Source: Paraspadella gotoi (taxonomy: Eukaryota; Animalia; Chaetognatha). From it: DNA of 64,000 nt. Numbering within the stretch: position 1 is the stretch's first letter; each line of letters begins with the position of its first letter. Positions 1 through 13,166 of this stretch are shown one piece after another. Where the stretch lies: positions 17,338,606 to 17,402,605 of the forward strand of contig CM119267.1 in NCBI GenBank assembly GCA_051294375.1. Direction: 5' to 3'. The notes below the pieces were generated by a model that was not told the origin of the DNA, made no database searches, and was given only the letters and a program-made list of their open reading frames with translations. The translations under genes and the position numbers were made by a program.

Positions 1-905
1 GAGGGCAAAGGTTTTTCCTATGAAACCGATTAGGATTTTCTAAACGATCCGATTTTGTCATATTGATAGTAAAGCTTTTATTGAGTTTACATTGTCTTTA
101 AAAGTTTCCTTTTTTTCTCATCTACATCAGCATTTGTGATCTTTCCGGGTAGTTGTAAGAATAGGGTTTCCCTCACCATTTCTTCTCAAGAGTTGTAATT
201 GTTTAGCTAAATCAAGATTTATCCATTCATCTCATCGCATCCCACCATGTTTTTTTTTTCCTTCTTTTTACCGCTTCTTTTCTTTTTTTCCGCCATTTTT
301 TTTCCTTCTGAAATTGAGGTTATCGCTGCGTTTTCTTTCGCCCTTTTTTTCTCCCTGGTGAAAATCGATATATTCTCAGCGGATGAATTCTCCTTCGCCT
401 TGGCGCGAGTCACCGTCTCAGCCACGCCCATTCTCGGCGCCGAGGGATTCGACGACTACGCCATATTTTTTTTGGCTCGCCTTTGAACCGCGCCTTCGGC
501 CCTGTGGCGCTATCGAGCAGCGTTCAGTTTTAAGTTGGCGCGGAAGAAAACTAACTCTTTTCGTCGTTGTGTTTGTTCGTCTTTTTAAGCTCGAACATTG
601 CCATCGCGCGCCACCTAAAAAAATTTCGACCTATTCTAGACCTAATCTAGACCTATTTGATCATATTCGATCCTATACCTATTTGACGATGTCACGTAAT
701 TCCAAGATTTGAAACCAAAAACTTTCTTGAGATCGGTTTATTTTTTCCCCCGTAAATTATAAACTTGCTGGTTTTAAATGGTACGTCCGATGGTTCTATT
801 TTGTTCAATGTAGCACAGGGCATTTTATTCTATGAAGCGATTCCTCTTTTTTTTAAAATATTTCTCCGCCACCTGTTGCACCAACCCGCTTCCCCCATAC
901 GTCAG

Positions 906-3900
906 GAATACCACCGCGAATGCTTCTACATGTACGAGACCCTCATCAAAAGCCTCCAGACCAAAGTGGTGCAACTGAAGCCTCCGCGCCAGTTCCGAGA
1001 GAATATCTTGGAGCCGCGCCCCAAATCAATGCGGGACAAGGCGACCAATCGGACGCCCAAGCCGAGACACAAGCATCGTCATCGCAAGCAACGGGAGGGG
1101 GAAGAGAGGAAGGTGGAGTCGGCGGAAGAGTGGGACGGACCGAACGGATCCGACTGGAGAGAGGGAAATATGGAGTGGCAAGCGCCGGAGCGGAACCTGT
1201 CGCGGAATGCCGGAAGCGTCGACGGTAACTCGGAAAGATTGAAACGAGATCTTGCTAATAGGAATTGAGTTAGAATTGGTGAGGTGGGATCTCGTTTAGT
1301 GATAAGTTTGAATAGTGCCAGCTCGTATGAAAAGGTCCGAGAGTATTTTTTTTTTCTGGCAATGACCAAAGAACACCCTTTGAATCATTTGCGATTGATC
1401 AACTTATTTAAAAAAAAAAAATTGTAAGATTACTTGTTTCACTATGTTGTACTAAATTTCAAAAGCGAGTCAGCGATTTGATTAAAACAACTTATATCGT
1501 CTTGTTAAAACTCTAAGGTTTTAAAATCGTCAGTTAGGATATATCGTCTCGGAAAAGAATTTTTTTTTTCTCTTCGAAAGGTGGAATGGGAGATTATGAA
1601 ATTGTGGCAGCGATTCAAACGTGGTGGGCCGATGGTTTGGGGAAGAGGAGGGAATGTAGAGAAGGGGGTGGGCGTTTAATTTTCTCGTTTAATAACTTAG
1701 TAACTTTAATAACTTTAATAGTTTAGTTAAGATCCTATTTATTAGAAACGATTGGAATCTTGATTTCTTCTCCTTAGCCTCCCTCCAACGAGATCCGTCG
1801 ATACTCGAACGACGACGACTGGACCCATTTACACTGGAGTCGCGTCGTTCACTCCAGCGACCGCTTCAGTATCATCAAGCCCCCAATCATCTGCAGCATC
1901 AACATCAACTGCCGATGCAACATCCGCAACAGCACTCTCCGGAAAATCAACACGTCCCCAAGCATCAACCGGAGCAGCAATTACATCACCCACAGCAACA
2001 GCCACATCCTCCGGAGAATCAAGGTCCCCCGCAGCATCAGCCTCTTCAGCATCAGCCGCAACATTTTCCGGGGCAGCATCCTCAGCAGCACCCACAGCCG
2101 CACCCGCAGCAACCACTTATGGAAAATCAGATACCGCCGCAGCATCCACAACTCCAGCATCAACAACCACTGCAGCATCAGCAACAGCATATTCCACTTC
2201 AACATCCTCAGCCGCCTTTGCATCATCAACAACCTTTGCCGAATGCTCCGCTGCATCATCCACAGCAACACGTTCAACCACATCCGCAAAATCACCTTCA
2301 ACACGTGCATCAACATCCTCAGCAGATGCAGAACCAAAACCAAGCCGTTCATCGACAGCAACAACAGAATAATTTGAATCAACGACAACAACAACAACCC
2401 AATCAACATCCTCAGCACCAATTGCAACGACTTCGAGACCAGAAACAACCGTCCAACGTAAACTACAATCAAGCGTCTCCATCCTGTTGTCAACCAAAAC
2501 CTCAGCAGAAGCCGCCTCGGCCGCGACAGGAGCATCAATACGCGGCCGATTTGAACCAATCGTGGAACGCGGCGGAGCAGCTGTTGCAGGAAACGCACCA
2601 GTGCGACTGTCCCACCAACCAATTGCTCTTCCTTCCGGCGCTACCTCAAGTCTGCAGCTTCGGCGCCCCGGGCTCGGCGTCGATAGACGCTTACGCGAGG
2701 CGAAGACCGGAGGCTCGGCAAAGCTCCGGCCGGAAAAAAGGATCAGGGAAAGGGAAAAAAGGAGGTAAAAAGCGGGGCGGCGGCAGCAGCGGCGCCGGGA
2801 GCCGGAATCGAGGACCTTCGGACGAATCGGAATTCGAGGATGAGGAGGAGGCGGAATCGGCGGAGGAGGCGGTGAAGGTGGATCGATCGATTCGGCATCG
2901 AGGCGGTCCCGCGATCAATAGGAACATGGGCGACGTATCGGGCTCGGAAGAGGATCCGCCGCGTCGCAGGCAGCCCAGCGCCGGAGGCGGCGTCCCCTGC
3001 GGCAAATGCGGACCGCGCGTCGGAGCGGGTCGAGGGCGATCGGGCAACACTGGTGGCGGAGGGGTCGGCGGCGGGAAAGGTGGGCAGAGAGGAAGAGCGG
3101 AGAGCGGCGGACAAGCTGGCGGATTGGCGAGCGGGCGGGAAGGCTGGAGATGTTTCGAACGGCGGGAAAATGAGAATCGAAATCGCGCGGGATCGAGCTT
3201 CATTGGTCGAGCGCCGAAGAGAGACGTGGATGAGAGGTAATGAAATGCAGTTTGGTGGGTCTCTTGGTCGTTGGAATGAATGGTCGTGAACGTTAATTTT
3301 GGCGCGATGTCGATAACTGAATTTGCAAAGGCCTATTTCCCTGTTCATCTCATCCAGCAGTTTACTCAGTTTACTACCCCGAGTGCTTTTCCATTTTCAG
3401 CAGCCCGTACGTGGGCAACTACTCCGACGAAGCGCTCGACAGTCCCCGGTTTGCTCCTCACGCCGACCGAAACACCAACGCCAACGCCCTCGACGGCGAC
3501 GAAGGAAACTCCAACTCCAACACCATTAAGAGCTTGAAGCTCCACGATCAATTCCAGTCTAGGAATATTCATCAGAGCCGAGGGCACGACGCGAGACAGG
3601 AATATGAGAGGGATCAGGGACATAATCGGGGACTTGATTGGGGACGTGATGGGGTATATGATCATGGACTAGACCGGGGACTCGACCGTGGACATGAGCG
3701 GGGACATGATATGGGACTGAATCGGGGACACGATCGGGGACTCGATCGGGCGCACGGAAAAACTCACGGGCATGCCGATCAGAACGTTATCAGAATAGGC
3801 GGGAAGGAATCTCCTCCGAAACGGGCATATCGGGGCGTCGTTAGCGGCGATGGCGGCCGAGTGGTTAGCGTCGAGCGATTCGGACGACCTTCGGAGTCTA

Positions 3901-4981
3901 ACTACTCGGCGCTCCCGCGACATCAGTCAGAAGGGGCGCATCGGCGCCGGGAAAGAGCCGAGGGTGGTGGCCATGGACGCGAAGACGGCGGTGAACGCGA
4001 AGGCGTTGGTGGTCGTGAAGGCGGTGGTCGCGGAGGCGGTGGTCGCGGAGGCGTAACCCGGCCCTCTCCTCGGAACAAGAACGAGTTTCGCGGTAGCCAT
4101 GCAAGTAGTCAGAATCGGGTAGAAGGCGAGAACGGAGCCGGGAACGGACCTGAAGTGGTCATCGATTTTGACGAAGAAGGCGACGATCAAGGGACGGTCG
4201 AATGGTATCCCGATGCCGAACCGAGCGACGAGGTCCTTGATCAAGATGTCCAAGCCGAACCAAGGTTTAACGACGAGCAGCGGTTCGAAGACGATCAGAG
4301 GTTTGAAGACGATCAGAGGTTCGAAGACGATCAGAGGTTCGAAGAGGATCAAAGGTTCGAAGACAATCAGAGGTTTGAAGACGATCAGAGGTTCGAAGAC
4401 GACGACGTCGACGACGAAAGTTTTGTGGAAGAGCAGATGCCGTTCGAAGACGCCGAGGAAGTCGGCGGCGGCGGCGGCGTCGGCACATTGAGCGACTCGG
4501 GAGGTTATGATTACGACGTCGATGGAAGCGGAGGCCGCGGGACTTTGGGCGATGATTTTAGAGACGATTGGGTGGATCAAGGTGAGCGAGTTTTTTGTTT
4601 TTTGTTTTTTTTGGTATCGATTGGACCTTGCATTACCTTACCTCCGACAGGGTATGATCAGCAGCAGTTCGAGAATGACGCCCAGTCGTCGGGCAATTAT
4701 GGAGAGGATGCTGAGCAGGAGGAAGAAATGAAGGCGCCCAATTGCATGCACGAGGGAATGGGTAAGGGACACTGGGTAAGGGATTTTGAGGAAGGTTAAT
4801 AGGGTTGGATAGGAAGTGAAAACTTTGGAATTCCGTGGCGAGATTATCCGTAATTCAGTCGACAGGTTTGATAAATTGATAATAGGAGACAACCCTTTCT
4901 GGGTTCTTTCTTTGAATAGTAGTAGTCGATTTTCACTTTCTGGTTTCATTTTTCTTTGCCTTGAGATTGACCTCAAACTGA

Positions 4982-5028
<47 letters not shown>

Positions 5029-8000
5029 GTCTCTCTCTCTCTCTCTCCTTTAATTGTTCATTGTTATTTTGATTTTTATTTTTAGTTTTTACTGTTTATT
5101 CTTTACCACTGATGATAGCATAGAAATTTATGCCGAAATATTTGGAAAAATAAAACTTTTGTTTATCATTCTCATTTGCACTTAGGCGTTTTGGACTAAA
5201 CTTAACCTTAATTTCGGATTCTTGTTAAATTCACGGTTTCAAATTGTGAATTCAATCATGTTGATATTGTAACATTAAACGTCTAATGATTGACGTTAGT
5301 TTAACTATGTTCTCCGAGTTTAGAATCTTTAATATGTTCCCTCTTAGATCTTCTTCATTTAATCGTTCCCGTACCAAATTATGAACAATAATTATTATCA
5401 TAAATTATTGTGATTTTATTGTATTACCATTTGGCATTTCTTTGTTAAAAAAAAAAAAAAAAAAAAAAAATCCCCACCCCAGGTCTTCCACAGGATTGCG
5501 AGTGTGAAATTTGTCCTGGACCCGGCGACTTCTACTTCCCGCGCGATCGTTACGAGGAGGCGGCGCCAGATGAGGCCCGGTCCCATGTCCGACTTTCAAC
5601 GGAAGATCCCGCCGCTCGACGCAAATTACGACGACGACGACGATGACGAAACGTTTCTTCCACTGCCTTGTCGGTGAGGAGTAGAGAGAGAGAGAGAGGG
5701 AGAGAGAGAGAGGGAGAGAGAGGGAGAGAGAGAGAGAGAAAGGAGGTAGAGTGTTGTAAAATTTTTTACTCTTTTTAATTCTATTTTGTTATTTTTAAAA
5801 TTTGTAGCTTTTGTTTCTTTAATTCAATTAAATCAAATTTTGTTTATACCTTTATTGAAAGTGACAGCTTTTTGCCCTGATCAGAATCAAACTTAACAAT
5901 GGCGAATCTTTTAAACGACAATCAAATTACTCGCGAGTTCGGCCATCGCACCGTAGTCTTTTTTAAAAAAGTTTTTCTCTGTAATTTTTTTTTACATTTG
6001 AAAAAAATAAGCGGATATTTAATCTTATTTTTAGTAACATTTTGTTTTGACATATTTTGGCCGAAGGCTCTAACGGCAAGAGGGATACCACTTTTCTCAA
6101 TGGAATAAAACAAATTTGAGCAAACAATGGCGGATCTGCCTACGATAATTAAGCGGTAATCAGCTAATCAGATGATAAATGACGAAAATTCTTTCAATTT
6201 GTGATCCTGATTAGAACTTGATATCTAGCTCAATCACACACTTTCCTACTCATACACAAAATTTCATTCCAATCCAACCATCCAATCACGAGTAATTGGT
6301 GTTTTTTGCTTAGGAGGATGAACGGACGGACGGACGGACGGACCTACAGACAGACAGTCAGACGGACGGACATCGTATATTTTTTATAATTCGATGTTCT
6401 GACATGATTTAATTGAATGACCGACAAAACTATGGGGGCGGAACGACGGACCGACCAAAGTGAATTACAGAGTCGGAATCTGCTGATAAGTTTTTGTTTT
6501 TCGCCCACGCTGCCTTCGTTGTCCCCAATTTTTTTATCTTTGTAAATCCCCACTTCACTTTTATTTGAATAGATTTTATTTTAAAAGGATTTTAAAGATT
6601 GTCAGGATAACTGGTTAAAAAAATGTATGGACGCTTTATACAAAACATTGTAAATTTATAAAAGGATTGAAAGTCATGCCCCGCAACGAAAACAAACCTC
6701 TGAAAAGGGATTAGGAATTATATCCTCGGAAAGAGAGAAAAAAGGAAAGGATCAGATATTCGTTTCTTTTTAAATCTTCAAAAAACCTTTCGTGGCCTCC
6801 CACTTAAGATTTCCAACGCACGATTTTTCGAAAATTTTATGTTTGGTTTACTTTTTCATTTTTTTTTTCCTCTTTCCGTTTTTGTCGTGTCGTTTTTTTG
6901 TTTTTTTTTTGTGGGGGGGGGGAAATAAGGGTTTTAGGAGAAAGTAAAAATAAAAATACCAGATTATACCAATCTATCCTTTCCCCAATAACTTTTTTTT
7001 TTTTTTTTAAAAATAAAATTTAAACAATTAACAATTAACAATTAACAATTAATAACTTCGTAACTATCCTCATACTTTTTCTACGTTTTTAACCATTTAT
7101 GTTCCCTCTTTGCTATCGTCCTCTTCTTTCCCTGTATTTCCTCGCCCACCACCTTTTTAGAGGACCGGATCACATAACCAACGGCCCCTGCACGTGCAAG
7201 GGCGAAGTGGCCCGTCGGGCTCGCGAGAAAGATGGTTCACCTTCCTTCTTCGGATACAAGAAGCTCGTGGCGGAGACGAAGCCTTACGGGTTCTTCAAGG
7301 TGAGGTCGTGTATTTGGCGTCTGAAGGGAAGTATCCGACAGGGAGAAGAAACTGGCCTCTCGACAGGGAAAGGAAGTATATAAGGTAAGTAGGAATAATG
7401 AGTACAGAAAGTGAGAAACAGTTAATAGAACAAATGTAAAGATAAAGTGGGAGGGGAGAGAGGAAAGGTTTCGTGGCCGGCTTCTTGAGTTGGTCACATG
7501 AGATTGTATGTAGTTGAGTGATGTGGAAGACGATGTGGAGCTCGTGCTACCTCCGGCGCCATAGGTGCTGCTGATTCTCGGACGAGTAACGGGGTAAGAA
7601 CTACTACCACTTCAGTGAATAGTTTACAAATGATGACGTTTCCCCCCTCCTCTTCATCCTCTTCATCCTCCTCTTCATCCTCCTCTTCATCCTCTTCTTA
7701 CCGAGCAGGAAGACGTGAAAGAATCCTCGTTCGGACCGGGACTACCCTTCGGCATCGGCGACATGTGCGATCTACTCGCCGTCACCGAGAACGGAGATTA
7801 CGAGGTCCGGGTTTTGGGACCTTCCCTGCTTAAACTTTTCTTTTTCATTCGAGTTTTTTTTTTAAATACATAGCTTTTAGGAAAGGAAATGACATCGTTA
7901 ACCCATATCCTTTTGAATAAGAGATTGCTCATTCATGCCTGTGATAACCGGGGCGCGGGGTATCTCACCAACTGGGGTAGGGGCTGCGGACCCTCGGTGA

Positions 8001-8448
8001 CCGCTTTCTGTTAATGGCATGTTTAGACCGGCTCCGTTACATTTAAGCCAGAACCGGAATAACCCAGGGATTGAACACGGGACGCACGGTTGTTACGAGA
8101 TGATTTAGCCTGCTCACTGAGCAGTGCTCTGCCATTGAGACGAGGCTGAGTCTTGCTGGCACAAAACGTTTAGATTAATTTTTAGACCATATTGTATATT
8201 GTACTTTGTATAATCCCGAAGGATTTGTCCAGTTATAAATGAACAGTTTTTTGCCTTCTTTTTCATTCTGAATAGCCAACGCGCTAATTAGACTAAATGA
8301 CCCGACGTTAAATTGAACAGAACGTATTCGTCCGCAGGTGCGACTCTGCGACGGATCGGGTCGAAACGGCGTCGTGCCCAAAAGCGCCATCCACGTCATC
8401 GTGGCGCCACCGACCGGAAAGTGTTGCAATCCAAAGAAGAAAAATTAA
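906..8448 (+). CDS. Multi-exon, 5'-incomplete gene: long Q/H/P-, G/R- and D/E-rich low-complexity protein with divergent C-terminal SH3 domain (possibly endophilin/BAR-SH3-like)
   Basis: Exons 906-1224, 1778-3236, 3401-4581, 4651-4775, 5483-5673, 7161-7299, 7709-7804 and 8338-8448 are all GT-AG and phase-compatible (3621 nt, TAA at 8446-8448). The C-terminus LPFGIGDMCDLLAVTENGDYEVRLCDGSGRNGVVPKSAIHVI matches the SH3 pattern (LxFxxGD...GxVP). No start exon identified. Confidence 0.75.
3615..3755 (+). repeat. Coding 12-nt degenerate tandem repeat (DRGL/DRGH tetrapeptides)
   Basis: Recurring gatcggggac(t/a)c units; peptide HNRGLDWGRDGVYDHGLDRGLDRGHERGHDMGLNRGHDRGLDRAHG. Confidence 0.7.
4263..4403 (+). 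repeat. Coding 18-nt tandem repeat encoding (RFEDDQ)x~8
   Basis: aggtt(c/t)gaagacgatcag units in frame within exon 3401-4581. Confidence 0.9.
5102..5155 (+). ncRNA. Minimal type I hammerhead ribozyme of Penelope-like-element (pLTR) type, slightly degenerate
   Basis: CCA-CTGATGA-T-AGCATAGA(AA)TTTATGCC-GAAA-TA-TT-TGG followed by AATAAA. Stem I is CCA/TGG, stem II is GCATAGA/TTTATGC, stem III is the palindromic AATATT. Flanks are T-rich. The first stem II pair is an A-C mismatch. Confidence 0.65.
6190..6450 (+). mobile_element. DINE-1/HINE-like non-autonomous rolling-circle element relic
   Basis: aaaatttcattccaatcc...gagtaat followed by a (GGAC)n/(AGAC)n microsatellite and a later ggggcgg, which is the usual layout of DINE-1/HINE-like elements. 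Boundaries approximate. Confidence 0.45.
7935..8152 (-). mobile_element. Probable tRNA-derived SINE in last intron of gene 1
   Basis: Minus strand shows an A-box-like gtctcaatggcagagc and a B-box gtgttcaatccc, followed by a GC-richer body within AT-rich intron. No intact cloverleaf. Confidence 0.45.
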
Positions 8449-8928
8449 AAAGAAGAAAGAAAATTTTAACAAAAATTGATTTTTTTTTATCGTCTAAACG
8501 ATTTTAATGAATATAAATATTAAGTTGAATGTGTCATGCGACGAAGCTGAAATAAATATTCCGTAAGAGATATTGAGTTTTTTTTAGTTATTTATTGCAT
8601 TTTTGATTAGCCAGAATTGGCAGTCGGAAAAGCGTTCATCAATTTCGATTGTTAAAGTTTGAGTTTGAGTTTATGATGAGTTATGAGTCTTGTCTTAGTA
8701 GATGAACTCGTGCTGAATCATGCCACGAATAATTTCGGTTTTATTTTGGGAAAGTTCGATTCGGATCTGTATTACCCTACTTTTAAACTGATTAAGATTT
8801 GAACATTGAACAAAAATTAGGAATTTATAAGTCGTTTTTAATAAACCAGTAAAAGAGAGTCCGGCAATGTATGGATCTCATTGCGGCCACAAGTGCAGAA
8901 TGTCATTGCAGCCGCCAATAGCAACCGC

Positions 8929-11578
8929 TCATTGCAGACTTTCCTCTCTGACGACGCGGCTGAAAATGATATCCCTGACGTTACTCCACACTTTCTTGAT
9001 ATTGTCCGTGTCTGTGGCGCACGTGAAGTGAGTGTAGATGCTGTCAAAAGGTAAGGTCAATTCGTACTTCCGTCACTTGGCCTCTTTTCATAATATATTT
9101 TAAAATTAAACATTACTTTGCTTTAAAAGATTATTGAATGATGCGAAAAAACTTGAACACGTATGGTATTTTTGAAAAGTAAATATCCCTTACTCTTTGA
9201 CTCTAAAAAATGAAAAATAAAAATTCAATAAATCGATAAATGAATTAAGTAATAGTTTGGATGTAAAAAATATTGACATTTCTAACGGATAACCATTAAT
9301 TAGATGTTTTCTTTAAAAAAAAAAAAACAATCTTTATTAATGATTGTTAATCATTCACGAAATTAATAATTTATTTATTAAGGAAAAGATAACCGAGTGA
9401 CAACCTCCTGACTCTCCGATTCTCTCCCGATTGGCAGTCGACGAAAAGACTCCGCACGAACTGCGCCTCCTTCATTTCGCCTTCGAAGTCATCGGCTTTG
9501 TATTCGGGAAAACGAGCGGAGAAGGAAGAAGGTTTCGGCGGCTGTTGTCGCGGCGCCGTCGCGTCCGATCTCTGACGCTGCTGCTGCGGCGTCGACGGCT
9601 CCCTCGTCTCTCGCGACTTTTTCTTGCCGCTCTGCTGCTTGGAGCTGCGCCGCTGCGAATTTTTTGGCGGGAGACGCTGATCGAGTTTTTCGAGTAAGAG
9701 GTCCGTCTTGTTGAGGAAGAGGATGACGGGGGTGTTGGCGAAATAGTCGAGGGAGAGGATGAACCGGAAGAGGAATAGGGATTCTTTGGAAGGATGGGGA
9801 GGAGGAAAATATAAAATCTAGGCGATCGGGGATATGAAAGGATTATAGGATGGACGGACGGATGTTTAGATATATTGACGGAGGCTCGTATGTTTAGATT
9901 TTAACGGAAGGATGGATATAAAGGGATGGACTGAAAGACAAACGGATGGAAAGACGGACGGGCTGACGGACCGGACAATGGACACCGGACCATTGAACAT
10001 CCAAAAATGCGGATGAAAAAACAAAAAAAACAACGGACCATTACTTGGACATACGGACCGACCCGACTCAAACCCAACCTTCCAAGCAGTTGACGCTAGG
10101 ATCCTCGACGAGCGTCTGGTTGAAGTCGGCCAGCGAAGCGACGAAGACGATGGCGGTGGCGGCGTCGAAAAGAGGGAGCCACTTGGCGCGTTGACCGCGT
10201 TGGCCGCCGACGTCGACGACTCGAAGGAGTTGACCGGAGGGTTGGAGGAAATCCCGGCTGATTTTTTTTTTTGGGGGGGGGGGTGCGAAGATGATGATGT
10301 AGATGATGAACCAAGAAAAAGGATTATGAACGAAGAAGAAGAACAAAGAAGATGATGACCAAGTGATCAAATAATCAAGTAATGAATTCAACAATAAATG
10401 AATGAATGAATTAATGAATCCTAAGAAATAACAGATGAATTGACGTCTGAGCCTCAATAACTTGAATTGCTTAAAAAGACTTCAAAATACAAGACAAAAC
10501 AAAACGAAAACAACGACCATAACAAGAAAAACGACGCTAACGAATGAATCCATATTATCTCTTCGATCGACACCTGTTGACTCCGTCGGTGACGCTTCTG
10601 GCCCGCAACACGTGGTCGACGGTCGGGACATAATCGGGGACGACGAGCTCCTCCAATCGCTCGAGGAAATATGGAAGGGAATCGTCGAGGTGGAACTCGT
10701 TGCGGCGAGAAAAGCAGCGCTGGACGCCCTGAGGATACGATGTGTGATTATGGATGTAACATGATTGGATAATGTTAGGAAATGATTTGACTGTTCCTTC
10801 TCCTAGGAGAAAGAGCCCAGGACCATCTCTCACCTCGTCCTTCCACAACTTGGACAGTTTGAGCGCAAAGTCCCTGCCGAGCCTCTTTGTACTGTCGTGG
10901 TCGTCGACGGCCTGATCGAAGCGCAGCGCCGACATCCAGTCGGCGACGACGCCATTTTCCTCGCGAGCCACCTCGATCCCGAGACGCCGCATCGCCTTCA
11001 GGAGACGCCGGATGCCGTCGAAAATGTTGCGAAAGATGACGAGCTTGAAGGCCAATAGTTCGTCGGCGGAGAAGGGGGTTGGGGAAGAGGAAGAGAAGGC
11101 GGTGGCGTTGATGACTCTCATTTGCTGAAAAAGGAATTAGGTATTAGGGAAGTAAAAGGAATTGTGGACTACGAAGTGCCTTCAAGTGGTGCGGGGAACA
11201 TCAACCAATGCCTGTCTTGATTAAAGACAAAATTTAACATCAGTCAATTTAGCGGAACTTTTATTTATATAATTTAGTTATACAATCTGTAACTGTACAT
11301 ATGCAATTGAGCAATCCTCGAAATTAGCCCGGAATTTAATAAAAATTGACGAGCAAATCGACGAACCTTCAAGAAGGTGGTCTTGCCGCAGTTAGAGGCT
11401 CCGAGAAGAAGGAGCGTAAAGGTGCGACGGATGCTCTTCTCATCCGCGGAGATGGAGCGACTGATCTTTTCGTCGACGGGGTCTTTGGCGTAGGCGTTTC
11501 CCTGGAGACCGGGTAACAATTGTATCTCAACTGTCTTTTTAAATGTTTATTGTTTAATGTCGCCGGAGAACTTACCAT
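8929..11578 (-). CDS. Heterotrimeric G-protein alpha subunit, divergent (~417 aa; G12/13-like C-terminal LQ, Gz-like P-loop)
   Basis: Exons 11578-11576 (ATG only), 11501-11367, 11124-10834, 10728-10574, 10257-10079, 9783-9405 and 9040-8929 are phase-consistent (1254 nt). Motifs: G1 LLLLGASNCGKTTFLKQM, G2 LRARSVT, G3 DVGGQR, G4 LFLNKTD, G5 HFTCATDT. Ends IIFSRVVREESLQ*. Confidence 0.92.
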
Positions 11579-13124
11579 ATCGGCGTTCCCCTCGGTAGGA
11601 TAAAAAAAAAAGGAGTCAAAAACCACTCTGACGACGACTACGACTTTACCCAGACAGATAGAAAATGGAAGAGCTGGGATTTAAAAAAAGTGATCGGTCG
11701 CAAAGAAGTAACATGCGGGTCCAAAATTCAGTCGTGAAGCGAATCGCTTTTTCGATTCAAACAATCCCCGTCGCTTCTCGCGTTAATAATCCATTTGTCA
11801 TTAGAGTAGTAGTTTCCCGCCGCGTCAGCTTGAAACAATGTCGCATTTAAAAGTGAAATTACTTCATGTTATATCAAGTGATATTTTTGCAACCATCCCC
11901 GCAATTAATTGTTTGCCCTGTTTTCTTTTCAGAAAAAAAAAAGAGTGTTTAATTGTTTAATTTAAAAATTATATTACAACTTGTTTTTACGTTTTCGGAC
12001 TAGCTTTTGCCTACTATAATATTTCTCATTATTTTTTCCAAAAAAGTGGTAAAAAAAAATTAGGAAGCGGCTAAGTTTCAAAGCTGGTTTTATTGTAGTA
12101 GTGTCCTCAATTTATGAAGTAGTATAACAGTACAAAGTAGTACACTAAAATAGCATAATCCACCATAACTATCTGTTTCGTAAGGACTTATTTTACGAAA
12201 TATATTCCTAGAATAAATAAATGAAACGATTGTTTGGAATATATCTATTGTTAACATTGACTATAAAAAAATTATGAAAATGTCACTTTTACAAAAAGTT
12301 ACGATAAAAAACGCGTAAACATATAAACAGACGCAATTTTATTTGGAGGAAATGGGTCAATGATTGGGCACAAATTTGTATTTACAACGAGTAATAACAA
12401 AATAAAGCAGTTTTTATTTCAGTCGAATTTGCTGCGTCATTGCTGCATCACGTAAAAGTTTTTAACGCAAACATTGATCCCGTTATATTGGACCGTCTTC
12501 TGTGTCATGGAACTGAATACAGTGAATCAAAGGCCAACCAAAATTGATATGTGTCAATATTTTAACTAATGCAATCAAATGCGCGAAGTTACTTGGACTC
12601 ACTCGAGGCAGAGGGAAGATAAACTATAATGTGAGATATGATTGAACTCGCGAGGAACTTTACATAGAACGGAAGTAGCGTAGGTGATAAATATGACCCC
12701 GACATTCGCCATTACTAATTTTTGGGAAGAAAAAATGATATTGTTCTGACGACATTTAAGTTAGTTTTTTTGGGTATAACTCTTTGACATTATTAATCAC
12801 GCTCAAACAATGTTCAGTGAACACTGAACACTGAACATGTACTTCTGAAAAAACATTCATACGGTAAGAAGATCATTTTTTTTAACGAATGTCGCTTTGT
12901 CGATACCATAATAATAATCCGTTAAAATGAAATCAGGCGCGCCACATTTTTAGTTGATTTTTTTTTGTCAATCAACTGCGACGCCCTCTCGCGAAGAGCA
13001 AAACAATTTGACGAGGAACATAAGATCAATCAATACTTGGCAAGAATAAACTACATCCAACAAAATAAAATATGAGATCGTGGAAGAAATTCGAAAATAA
13101 AGGAGGCACCAGCTCTCTCTCTCT

Positions 13125-13166
<42 letters not shown>

